Source: an uncultured Pygmaiobacter sp.
GTDB lineage: Bacteria > Bacillota > Clostridia > Oscillospirales > Ruminococcaceae
Reading direction: 5' to 3'
Length of the DNA: 35,874 nucleotides
Assembly (NCBI GenBank): GCA_944386515.1
Contig: CALXBJ010000151.1
Location: forward strand, 1-35,874
Below the pieces are notes generated by a model that ran no database searches, was not told the origin of the DNA, and saw only the letters and a program-made list of their open reading frames with translations. Positions 7,615 through 15,594 of this stretch are shown here, in pieces; position 1 is the stretch's first letter, and each line of letters starts with the position of its first letter. A program made the translations under genes and the position numbers.

Positions 7615-8766
7615 ATGAAGAACTTTGTATCAAAAAAATATGCCTGCGGGCACCCTACGATGATGGGGGATCTTGGCCCGCGCCCCGCGGCGCTGGATGA
7701 TCTGATCAACTTCAGCATCGGGGACCCGGACCTCAAGACCGATGATCGGATCATCGAGGCCGCATTTCAGGAGGCAATGGCGGGCAACACCCACTATACC
7801 GACACCCGCGGGATGCCGCGGCTGCGGCAGGCCATCCGGGATTTTTATCAGGAGGAGTTCGGCTTCGCCGTCAAGGATGAGGAGGTTGCGGTCACGACCA
7901 GCGCCTGTCAGGGAATGTGGGCTGTAATGCAGGCGGTGCTGGACGAGGGGGACGAGGTCATTGTGCCCGAGCCGTATTTCTCCCCCTATAAGGACCAGAT
8001 TGAGATGGCCGGCGGGGTATTGGTGCCGCTGCCGACCTGCGAGGAGGAGAACTTCGAGGTCAACGTTCACCGGATTGAGCCGCTGATTACCGAAAAGACC
8101 AAGGCCATCCTCTTCAACACCCCCAACAACCCCACCGGCTGCTGCTTTGACCGGGAGGCGCTGGAGGTGATTGCCGATGTGGCAAAGCGGCACGACCTGC
8201 TGGTGATTGCCGACGACATCTATACCATCTTCAGCTATGCGGGGCCGTTTATCCCCATCGGGACCCTGCCCGGCATGGCGGAGCGGACGGTGACCGTGCG
8301 CTCCTTCAGCAAGGATTACTGCATGACCGGCTGGCGGCTGGGGTATGTGATCGCGCCGCCGGCGATCATCGAGGCCATCACGCTGGTGGGGGAGAGCAAT
8401 GTCTATTCCGCCCCGAGCATCTCCCAGTCGGCGGGCATTGCGGCGCTGTCGCTGCGCCGTGAGGTGCAGCCGGCGATCATCGAGGAGTTCCGCCGCCGCA
8501 CGATGGTTGCCTGCGAGGAGATCGGGAAGATCGGCTACCTGTCGGTCCTGCCGCCGCAGGGCAGCATCTACCTCTTCGTCAACATCAAGCGCACCGGATT
8601 GACCAGCCATGAATTTGCCAGCCAGCTGCTGGACCGGTATCACATTCTGGTAATTCCGGGCAACGTCTTTGGCGGCAGCGGCGAGGGCTATGTCCGGCTG
8701 GCGCTGACCCTCGGTGAGGATAAGATCCGCGAGGCGTTCCGCCGCCTGCCCAAGGATCGGTTCTGA
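7615..8766 (+). CDS. PLP-dependent class I/II aminotransferase (aspartate aminotransferase-like)
   Basis: INFSIGDPD, NTPNNPTG, ADDIY, SFSKDYCMTGWRLGY PLP-lysine motif. Confidence 0.92.
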   Translation: MKNFVSKKYACGHPTMMGDLGPRPAALDDLINFSIGDPDLKTDDRIIEAAFQEAMAGNTHYTDTRGMPRLRQAIRDFYQEEFGFAVKDEEVAVTTSACQGMWAVMQAVLDEGDEVIVPEPYFSPYKDQIEMAGGVLVPLPTCEEENFEVNVHRIEPLITEKTKAILFNTPNNPTGCCFDREALEVIADVAKRHDLLVIADDIYTIFSYAGPFIPIGTLPGMAERTVTVRSFSKDYCMTGWRLGYVIAPPAIIEAITLVGESNVYSAPSISQSAGIAALSLRREVQPAIIEEFRRRTMVACEEIGKIGYLSVLPPQGSIYLFVNIKRTGLTSHEFASQLLDRYHILVIPGNVFGGSGEGYVRLALTLGEDKIREAFRRLPKDRF

Positions 8767-8791
8767 CCGAAACGGCGCTTTTGGCCGGCTG

Positions 8792-8849
8792 AAAACAAAA
8801 AAAGAGGAGGACGCCTCTGCAGCCTCTGCGGCGTCCTCCTTCTGTTTTT
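8792..8849. terminator. Bidirectional terminator
   Basis: AGGAGGACGCC...GGCGTCCTCCT flanked by A-rich and T-rich tracts, between convergent genes. Confidence 0.7.
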
Positions 8850-8868
8850 GTGAGATCCGGGGATAAAA

Positions 8869-9819
8869 TCAGCGGTTGCGGACCATCAGGTTCTTGCCGC
8901 CCGCGGGCAGCGGTTCGTACTTGGTCTCAAAGCGGCCGGTCGCATCGATCAGTTTGTGCAGCCGGGAGTAACCGTAGTTGCGGCTGTCGAAATCGGCATA
9001 GATTCGGCCCAGCATCACCCCGATCTGGCTGAGCTGCATCCAGCCGTCCTCATCGCAGTCGTGGTCAATCAGGCTCTCGATGGTCGAGATGATCTTGGAC
9101 AGCGGGGCGATGGCGGTCTCCAGCTCATCCTCCTGTACCGGGAGGGGCGGCTCGGGCTGCGTGCGGGCGGCAGGGGCGTCCTTTTCCGCTGCGGCGCGCG
9201 GCGCCTTTTTGCCCTTTTCAGACCGGTCGGCCTTGCTGTCGGCTTTTTCGGGCCGGTCCGCCTTCTCGGCTTTTTCCGGCGCCTGAGCGGGCTTTTCCTT
9301 CGCGGATTTTTCCGCCGCGGCCTTTTCGGCCGTCCGCTTGCCGCCGCGGGCGGGGGAGACGGCCTCCTCCTCGGTCTTGGTGCCCAGAAGGACCTCGAGG
9401 TATTTGAAGGTATCGCAGGCGGCCTTGAAGGCGGTGGGGGTTTTGGTCTCCCCCATCCCGATCACAAACATCCGGCTCTCCCGCAGCCGGGAGGCCAGCT
9501 TGGTGAAATCGCTGTCGGAGGAGACCAGACAAAAGCCGTCCACATTCTCCGCATAGAGGATGTCCATCGCGTCGATAATCATCGCGCTGTCGGTGGCGTT
9601 TTTGCCCTGTGTGTAGCTGAATTGCTGGATGGGGGTGAGATTGTTCTCCAGCAGCACCCGCTTCCAGTTGGACATATCGTTGTTGGTCCAATCGCCGTAG
9701 ATTCGTTTGTAGGCAGGCGTCCCGTAGACCGCCACCTCGTCGAGGATTGCCTTGATATATTTGGGGGAGACGTTCTCCGCGTCAATCAGCAGCGCGATGA
9801 TCTTGCCGTTGTCCTGCAC
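8869..9819 (-). CDS. NYN-domain (LabA/DUF88-like) protein with C-terminal OST-HTH/LOTUS domain
   Basis: IALLIDAEN, KRIYGDW, GKNATDSAMIIDAMD, LVSSDSDFTKLA (PIN-like fold); C-terminal DGWMQLSQIG..DFDSRNYGYSRL; GTG start with SD AGGAGG. Confidence 0.9.
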   Translation of the reverse strand: MQDNGKIIALLIDAENVSPKYIKAILDEVAVYGTPAYKRIYGDWTNNDMSNWKRVLLENNLTPIQQFSYTQGKNATDSAMIIDAMDILYAENVDGFCLVSSDSDFTKLASRLRESRMFVIGMGETKTPTAFKAACDTFKYLEVLLGTKTEEEAVSPARGGKRTAEKAAAEKSAKEKPAQAPEKAEKADRPEKADSKADRSEKGKKAPRAAAEKDAPAARTQPEPPLPVQEDELETAIAPLSKIISTIESLIDHDCDEDGWMQLSQIGVMLGRIYADFDSRNYGYSRLHKLIDATGRFETKYEPLPAGGKNLMVRNR

Positions 9820-9954
9820 TGTACCGGCCTCCTTTTTTTGTCGCTACCCTCATTGTACCACAAATGCGGTGGATTTGGGCAAGATCCTTATACAAAGGCA
9901 CCTTTTTCGCCGCTTTTTCGTACGCCCATTGCGCGCCAATCTGACATAAGGGGA

Positions 9955-9983
9955 TTGCAATTCGCATTGCGCTGTGCTATAAT
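9955..9983 (+). promoter_or_regulatory. Sigma-A promoter (extended -10) of the amidotransferase operon
   Basis: TTGCAA(9955-9960)-17 bp-TATAAT(9978-9983) with the TGn motif. Confidence 0.75.
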
Positions 9984-9996
9984 TCCGCATATCAAC

Positions 9997-10046
9997 AAAG
10001 ACGTTGACCGAGGGAGTAGCCTCCCTGCCGGTCGCGTCTTTTTTTT
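9997..10046 (+). terminator. Promoter-proximal leader terminator (candidate attenuator)
   Basis: AAAGACG/GACCG/AGGGAG-tagc-CTCCCT/CGGTC/CGTCTTT stem with T8, between the promoter and the SD of the first gene; no upstream plus-strand gene to terminate. Confidence 0.65.
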
Positions 10047-10096
10047 GCGGATTTTAAAAGGCGCCATTCGAGCGCCGCATACAGGAGGTTGTTGAG

Positions 10097-11458
10097 ATGG
10101 TACCCTATCCTGCGCATCAGGAGATCGACTATGCCAAATTCGCGCCCGACCTGCCCGAGGAGCAGCTTGAGGCAAAATACGGGCTGCCCCGGGCGGTGCG
10201 CTTTTGCCGCAGCTGCGTCATGAGCAACCAAAAGCCCAATTCCTGCTACGAATTTGAGCACACGATTCACAGCGTCAAAAAGAGTATGCACATCCGGGAG
10301 GATGGAATCTGTGACGCCTGCATCGCCTGCGCGAACAAAGAGGGCAAGATCGACTGGCAGGACCGCGAGCGCCAGCTGAAGGAGCTTTGCGACCGCTATC
10401 GGCGCACCGACGGCGGCTATGACTGTCTGGTGCCCGGCAGCGGCGGAAAGGACAGCTTTTACGCCGCACATCTGCTCAAGTACAAATACGGGATGCACCC
10501 CCTCACCGTCACCTGGGCGCCCCACATCTACACCCCTTGGGGGTGGGACAACTTCCAGAGCTGGATCCATGCCGGCTTTGACAACTACCTGTGCACCCCG
10601 AACGGCCTGACCCACCGGCTGCTGACGCGGCTTGCGACCGAGAACCTGTTCCACCCGTTCCAGCCCTTTATCCTCGGGCAGAAACAGCTCGCCCCCAAGA
10701 TGGCGGCAAAGTTTGGGATCCCGCTGGTGTTTTACGGGGAGAACGAGGCGGAGTTCGGCAACCCGCTGGCAGACAACGAATCGGCGCTGCGGGACGAGCA
10801 CTTCTTCGCGACCAACGACCGGGATCACATCTATCTCGGCGGTGTCTCGCTGCAGCAGCTGGAGGAGGATTTCGGCATCGACCCGGCGGATCTTGCGATC
10901 TATCTGCCCAGCGAGACCAGCGATATCGAGAAAAACCACATTCAGGTGCATTACCTCGGCTACTATGTCAAATGGCATCCGCAGGGCGCCTATTACTACT
11001 CGGTGGAGCACGGCGGGTTCCGCCCCAGCCCGGAGCGCACGGTCGGCACCTATTCTAAATACAACTCGATTGACGACAAGGTCGACGACTTTTTCTACTA
11101 CACCACCTATATCAAGTACGGCATCGGGCGGGCGACCTATGACGCCGCGCAGGAGATCCGCAACGGGGAGATCACCCGGGAGGAGGCAGTCGCGCTGGTC
11201 AAAAAATTCGACGGCGAGTTCCCCGCGCGGTTTGCAAAGGAGATCTTTGCATATCTCTCGATTGACGAAAAGAGCTTCCCCAAGGCGAGCCGCTGCTTTG
11301 AGCATCCGGAAATGGATCTGGATTACTTTATGGAGCTGGCCGACCGGTTCCGCTCGCCCCATCTGTGGATGTGGCAGGACGGGGTCTGGAAGCTGCGCCA
11401 CACCCCCTATGAAGGGGACTCCGAATGCCGGTGGGGCGCGCCGCCCGCCGCGCTGTGA
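10097..11458 (+). CDS. N-acetyl sugar amidotransferase (WbuX/WbpG/PseA family, PP-loop)
   Basis: CRSCVMSNQKP, CDAC, YDCLVPGSGGKDS PP-loop, MHPLTVTWAPH, FYGENEAE, KYGIGRATYDAAQEIRNG. Confidence 0.9.
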   Translation: MVPYPAHQEIDYAKFAPDLPEEQLEAKYGLPRAVRFCRSCVMSNQKPNSCYEFEHTIHSVKKSMHIREDGICDACIACANKEGKIDWQDRERQLKELCDRYRRTDGGYDCLVPGSGGKDSFYAAHLLKYKYGMHPLTVTWAPHIYTPWGWDNFQSWIHAGFDNYLCTPNGLTHRLLTRLATENLFHPFQPFILGQKQLAPKMAAKFGIPLVFYGENEAEFGNPLADNESALRDEHFFATNDRDHIYLGGVSLQQLEEDFGIDPADLAIYLPSETSDIEKNHIQVHYLGYYVKWHPQGAYYYSVEHGGFRPSPERTVGTYSKYNSIDDKVDDFFYYTTYIKYGIGRATYDAAQEIRNGEITREEAVALVKKFDGEFPARFAKEIFAYLSIDEKSFPKASRCFEHPEMDLDYFMELADRFRSPHLWMWQDGVWKLRHTPYEGDSECRWGAPPAAL

Positions 11459-11490
11459 CGGCGGCCGCCAAGAAAAGGGGGAGCATGACC

Positions 11491-12252
11491 ATGGAGAACA
11501 AGATCAGGCTGATCGCCCGGCTGGAGGTCAAAAACGATTATCTGGTCAAGGGGATTCAGCTGGAGGGGCTGCGCAAGCTGGGAGACCCTCACGCCTTTGC
11601 AAAGGAGTACTATGAGGACGGCATCGACGAGATCCTCTACCTCGATATCGTCGCCAGCCTGTACAACCGCAACAACCTGTCGGCGATCCTCCGCCGCACG
11701 ACCGAGGATGTCTTTATCCCTATCACGGTGGGCGGCGGCCTGCGCACGCTGGAGGATGTGCGGGATGCGCTGGCGCAGGGGGCGGACAAGGTGGCCATCA
11801 ACACCGCCGCAATCAAGGACCCGACGCTGATTACCCGGGTGGCGCAGGCCTACGGCAGCCAGTGCATGGTGCTCTCGATTCAGGCAAAGCGGCGGCGGGA
11901 TGCCGCCGGATGGGAGGCCTATTACGACAACGGGCGGGAACACTCCGGTCTGGATGTGGTGGAATGGGCCAAACGAGGGGTGGCGCTCGGTGCGGGGGAG
12001 ATCCTGCTGACCAGCGTTGACCGAGAGGGCCTTGGCCGGGGCATGGAGACCGAGCTGATTGAGGCGGTGGCCGCGCAGGTCCCGGTGCCGGTCATCGCGG
12101 CGGGAGGCGCCGGCAGCGTGCAGGACATCGCCGCCGCCGCAAAGAGCGGGGCGGGGGCGGTAGCGGTTTCCAGCCTGTTGCACTACCGCCGCGCGACGGT
12201 TGCCGGGCTCAAGGAGCAGCTTGCGGCACAGGGGGTGAAGGTGAGAAGATGA
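11491..12252 (+). CDS. HisF-like cyclase subunit (WbuZ type) of the glycan amidation system
   Basis: RLIARLEVK..LVKGIQLEGLRKLGDP, DIVASLY.RN, TVGGG, GAGEILLTSVDREG; located between wbuX-like and hisH-like genes. Confidence 0.88.
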   Translation: MENKIRLIARLEVKNDYLVKGIQLEGLRKLGDPHAFAKEYYEDGIDEILYLDIVASLYNRNNLSAILRRTTEDVFIPITVGGGLRTLEDVRDALAQGADKVAINTAAIKDPTLITRVAQAYGSQCMVLSIQAKRRRDAAGWEAYYDNGREHSGLDVVEWAKRGVALGAGEILLTSVDREGLGRGMETELIEAVAAQVPVPVIAAGGAGSVQDIAAAAKSGAGAVAVSSLLHYRRATVAGLKEQLAAQGVKVRR

Positions 12253-12899
12253 GTGAGGTCGCGATTATTGACTACGGGCTGTCCAATCTGCTCAGCGTCC
12301 AGAGGGCGTTTGAGCATTTTGGGGCGGCGGTGCGGTTTGTCGACAGCCCGGATGAGGTGCGCAGTGCGCGGGCGCTGGTGCTGCCGGGTGTGGGCGCGTT
12401 CCGGGACGGAATGGAAGGGCTGCGCCGCCTGGGGCTGATTGAGCCGATTCGGGACGCCGCCGCCCACGGCGTGCCGCTGCTGGGCATCTGCCTTGGGATG
12501 CAGATGCTGTTTGACCAGAGCGAGGAGTTTGGGCAGTGGGAGGGCCTCGGACTGATCCCCGGCAGGGTGGTCCGGATCCCGGACCATGACGCGGAGGGGC
12601 GCCCGCAGCGGGTCCCGCAGGTGTGCTGGAATGCGCTGCTGCCCGCCGCGGGCGAGGCGGACTTTGACGGCAGCCTGCTGGAGGGTGTGCGCCCCGGGGA
12701 GGAGGTCTATTTCGTCCACAGCTATGAGGCAAAACCGGCACAAAAGAGGGATCTTTTGGCCCAGACGGTCTACGGCGGGCGGCGAATCTGCGCCGCGGCG
12801 CGGCGGGGCAGTGTCACCGGCTGCCAGTTCCACCCCGAAAAGAGCGGACGGGTGGGGCTGTGCGTGATCCGGGAGTTTCTGCAGATGGCAGAGCGCTGA
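12249..12899 (+). CDS. HisH-like class I glutamine amidotransferase (WbuY type)
   Basis: IIDYGLSNL, LPGVGAF, GICLGMQ (Cys), YFVHSY, QFHPEKSG (His-Glu); ATGA overlap with the upstream gene. Confidence 0.92.
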   Translation: MSEVAIIDYGLSNLLSVQRAFEHFGAAVRFVDSPDEVRSARALVLPGVGAFRDGMEGLRRLGLIEPIRDAAAHGVPLLGICLGMQMLFDQSEEFGQWEGLGLIPGRVVRIPDHDAEGRPQRVPQVCWNALLPAAGEADFDGSLLEGVRPGEEVYFVHSYEAKPAQKRDLLAQTVYGGRRICAAARRGSVTGCQFHPEKSGRVGLCVIREFLQMAER

Positions 12900-13008
12900 G
12901 CACAGGCTGAAAAAGATTGCTTTTTAGATGCCAAAACGATATAATGTTTCCTTAATAGCTGCCGTTTTTGAGGGACAAAACGGCAGAAAAAATGGGGGAA
13001 ACAATTCG

Positions 13009-14205
13009 ATGACCGAGTTTTTGATCCGCAGGTTTATCCGCGATCCGCAGGATACCCGCTCCGCCGCTGCGCGGGAGCGGTTCGGCACCCTTGCGGGGAT
13101 CGTGGGGCTGCTGTGCAACCTGCTGCTGTGCGGGGGCAAATTTTTGGCGGGCCTGCTGTTCGGAAGCGTTTCCATTATGGCCGATGCGGTCAACACCCTG
13201 TCCGACGCATCGAGCTGCCTGATTACGCTGCTCGGCTTTAAGCTGGGCGGCAAGCCGGCGGATGCGGAGCATCCGTTTGGCCATGCCCGAATCGAGTATC
13301 TCTCCGGCCTGTCGGTGGCGGTGCTGATTATGGCAATCGGGGTGGACCTGCTGCGCACCGGGTTTGAGCGCACACTGCATCCGGAGCCGGTCACCTTCAG
13401 CCTGCTGTCGGTGGCGGTACTCTCCACCTCGATTCTGGTCAAACTGTGGATGGCGGCGTTTTACCGCTCCATTGGCCGCCGGATTGGCTCGCCCGCACTG
13501 GAGGCGACGGGGGCGGACAGCCGCAACGATGTGATCTCGACGGCAGGTGTCCTGATTGCGGCGGTGGCTGCCCGGCTGACCGGCCTTGGGCTGGACGGAC
13601 CGGTCGCGATGGCGGTGGCGCTCTTCATCCTGTGGAGCGGTGTCGGGGTGGTGCGGGAGACCCTGAACCCGCTGCTCGGCGAGGCGCCCAGCGAGGAGCT
13701 GGTTGACGGGCTCAGCCGGCGGATTATGAGCTATGACGGGGTTTTGGGGATGCACGACCTGATGGTGCACGACTACGGCCCGGGGCGCCGGTTCGCGAGC
13801 GTCCATGTCGAGATGAGCGCGTCCCAGCAGCTGATGCACAGCCATGACATCATCGACAACATCGAGCGGCAGGTGCTGGAGGAGGACGGCATCCATCTGG
13901 TGATCCATCTGGACCCCATCAGTGACGATGACGAGGAGATCAGTGCCCACCGGGAGATGGCACTTGAGACGGTGCAGCGGATTGACCCGCGGCTGACCAT
14001 CCATGATTTTAGGATGGTCAAGGGCGACGACCACACCAACCTGATCTTTGATGTGGTGATACCGCCGGAGTTTGGGATGAAGCCGGACCAGCTGAAAAGG
14101 GAGATCGCCGGCCGGATGCGGGCGGAGGATCCCAACCATTTCGCGGTTGTGACGGTGGATTACAGCTATACGCGCCACCCGGCAAAAAGCGGTGGGCAGG
14201 CATAG
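13009..14205 (+). CDS. Cation diffusion facilitator (CDF) transporter with duplicated C-terminal domain
   Basis: SIMADAVNTLSD, KPADAEHPFGHARIEY, ADSRNDV, HDLMVHDYGPG, LVIHLDP, IHDFRMV; start MTEFLIR at 13009. Confidence 0.9.
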   Translation: MTEFLIRRFIRDPQDTRSAAARERFGTLAGIVGLLCNLLLCGGKFLAGLLFGSVSIMADAVNTLSDASSCLITLLGFKLGGKPADAEHPFGHARIEYLSGLSVAVLIMAIGVDLLRTGFERTLHPEPVTFSLLSVAVLSTSILVKLWMAAFYRSIGRRIGSPALEATGADSRNDVISTAGVLIAAVAARLTGLGLDGPVAMAVALFILWSGVGVVRETLNPLLGEAPSEELVDGLSRRIMSYDGVLGMHDLMVHDYGPGRRFASVHVEMSASQQLMHSHDIIDNIERQVLEEDGIHLVIHLDPISDDDEEISAHREMALETVQRIDPRLTIHDFRMVKGDDHTNLIFDVVIPPEFGMKPDQLKREIAGRMRAEDPNHFAVVTVDYSYTRHPAKSGGQA

Positions 14206-14271
14206 GCGGACGGGGCCGCGCATTCGGCCGGCCCGCGGAAATAGAAAGACAAAAAAGAGAGGGGAAAGCGT

Positions 14272-15459
14272 ATGTATGATTTTTCAGAAAAAATGAAGGG
14301 GCTTCGCCCCTCGGCGATCCGGGAGATCCTCAAAAATATGAACGATCCCCAGATGATCTCCTTCGCCGGCGGCAACCCCGCGGTCGAGTGCTTCCCGATC
14401 CCGGAGATCCGCCGCTATTCGGACCAGCTCCTCGCCGAGCAGCCGGTAAAGATGCTGCTCTACTCCACCACCGAGGGCGTGGCCTCGCTGCGGGAGTCGG
14501 TGCTCCAGTTCGCGAACCGCTATGGGCGGATGAGCGGCCCGGAGGATGACGTTGCAATCCTGACCGGCAGCCAGCAGGCGATGGATTTTGTCGCCCGGCT
14601 GTTCTGCAACGAGGGGGACACCGTCGTCGCGGAGGACCCCAGCTTTGTCGGCGCGCTCAATTCCTTCCGGGCGAGCGGGGCAAAGACGATCGGCGTCCCG
14701 ATGGAGGAGGACGGGGTCAATCTGGAAAAACTGGAGGAGGCGTTTGCCGCCACCCCGCGCCCCAAGCTGTTTTACATCATCCCCAATTTCCAGAACCCCA
14801 CCGGCCTTGTAACAAGCCTTGAAAAACGGCGGGCCATCTATGAGCTGGCGGTCAAATACAATGTGCCGGTGCTGGAGGACAACCCCTATGGGGAGTTGCG
14901 GTTTGCGGGAGAGTACGTCCCTCCGATCAAGAGCTTTGACGAGCGCGGCATGGTCATCTACTGCGGCAGCTTTTCCAAGATCCTCGCGCCCGGTATGCGG
15001 CTGGCGTATATGATTGCGAACAAGCAGGTTGTCGAGAAGATCGTCACCATCAAGCAGTGCAGCGATACCCACACCAATACCTGGAGCCAGATGGTCTGCG
15101 ATGCGTGGCTGCGCGGCAGCGACACCGAGGCGCATATCGCCGCCATCCGAAAGGTCTATCAGCGCAAGTGCAACCTGATGCTGAGCGAGATGGACCGCCG
15201 GTTCAGCAAAAAGGTGCGCTATACCCGGCCCACCGGCGGGATGTTCCTGTGGGCGACGCTGCCCGACGGGGTGGATATGCTGGAGTTCGTCAAGCAGGCG
15301 CAGGCGCGCAAGGTCGCGGTGGTGCCGGGCAACGCATTCCTCTGCGATGAGGACGCGTCCAGCCAGTGCTTCCGGCTGAACTACTCCACCCCCAGCGACA
15401 AGGATATCGTTCGCGGGATTGAGATCCTCGGCGCGCTCACCGAGGAGTTCTGCGGCTGA
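14272..15459 (+). CDS. PLP-dependent aminotransferase (2-aminoadipate transaminase LysN/ARO8-like)
   Basis: SAIREILK, ISFAGGNP, TGSQQA, IPNFQNPTG, EDNPYGEL, SFSKILAPGMRL, GGMFLW. Confidence 0.9.
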   Translation: MYDFSEKMKGLRPSAIREILKNMNDPQMISFAGGNPAVECFPIPEIRRYSDQLLAEQPVKMLLYSTTEGVASLRESVLQFANRYGRMSGPEDDVAILTGSQQAMDFVARLFCNEGDTVVAEDPSFVGALNSFRASGAKTIGVPMEEDGVNLEKLEEAFAATPRPKLFYIIPNFQNPTGLVTSLEKRRAIYELAVKYNVPVLEDNPYGELRFAGEYVPPIKSFDERGMVIYCGSFSKILAPGMRLAYMIANKQVVEKIVTIKQCSDTHTNTWSQMVCDAWLRGSDTEAHIAAIRKVYQRKCNLMLSEMDRRFSKKVRYTRPTGGMFLWATLPDGVDMLEFVKQAQARKVAVVPGNAFLCDEDASSQCFRLNYSTPSDKDIVRGIEILGALTEEFCG

Positions 15460-15545
15460 TATCGGCCCGCCGCAGGCGGGCTGAGAAGAAATTTTCGTTT
15501 TTTGCCGTTTGCGCAGGCACGGCGGGAAAAACTGTGGTACAATGT

Positions 15546-15577
15546 CCCTGACCGGGTTTTTCGGTCAGGGTTTTTTT
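15546..15577 (+). terminator. Intrinsic terminator, probably for the upstream aminotransferase
   Basis: CCCTGACCG-ggttttt-CGGTCAGGG followed by T7. Confidence 0.7.
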
Positions 15578-15594
15578 GTGGGGAGGCAAGTGGG

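Noticed and set aside
8869-9819. NYN protein as a toxin-antitoxin or anti-phage system
   Set aside because: No antitoxin or defence-island neighbours; NYN/OST-HTH proteins are common stand-alone genes
9997-10096. Intact T-box riboswitch
   Set aside because: Only a stem I-like 5' word is present; there is no specifier loop, no AG box and no UGGNACC antiterminator, and the leader is about 100 nt
11491-12899. hisF/hisH as histidine biosynthesis genes
   Set aside because: No other his genes are present, the cyclase aspartates are substituted, and the genes are linked to a WbuX-type amidotransferase
15535-15577. Second attenuator (TGnTACAAT followed by a terminator) ahead of the GGDEF-EAL gene
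   Set aside because: There is no -35 at the proper spacing, a start there would fall inside the stem, and the hairpin is explained as the terminator of the upstream aminotransferase
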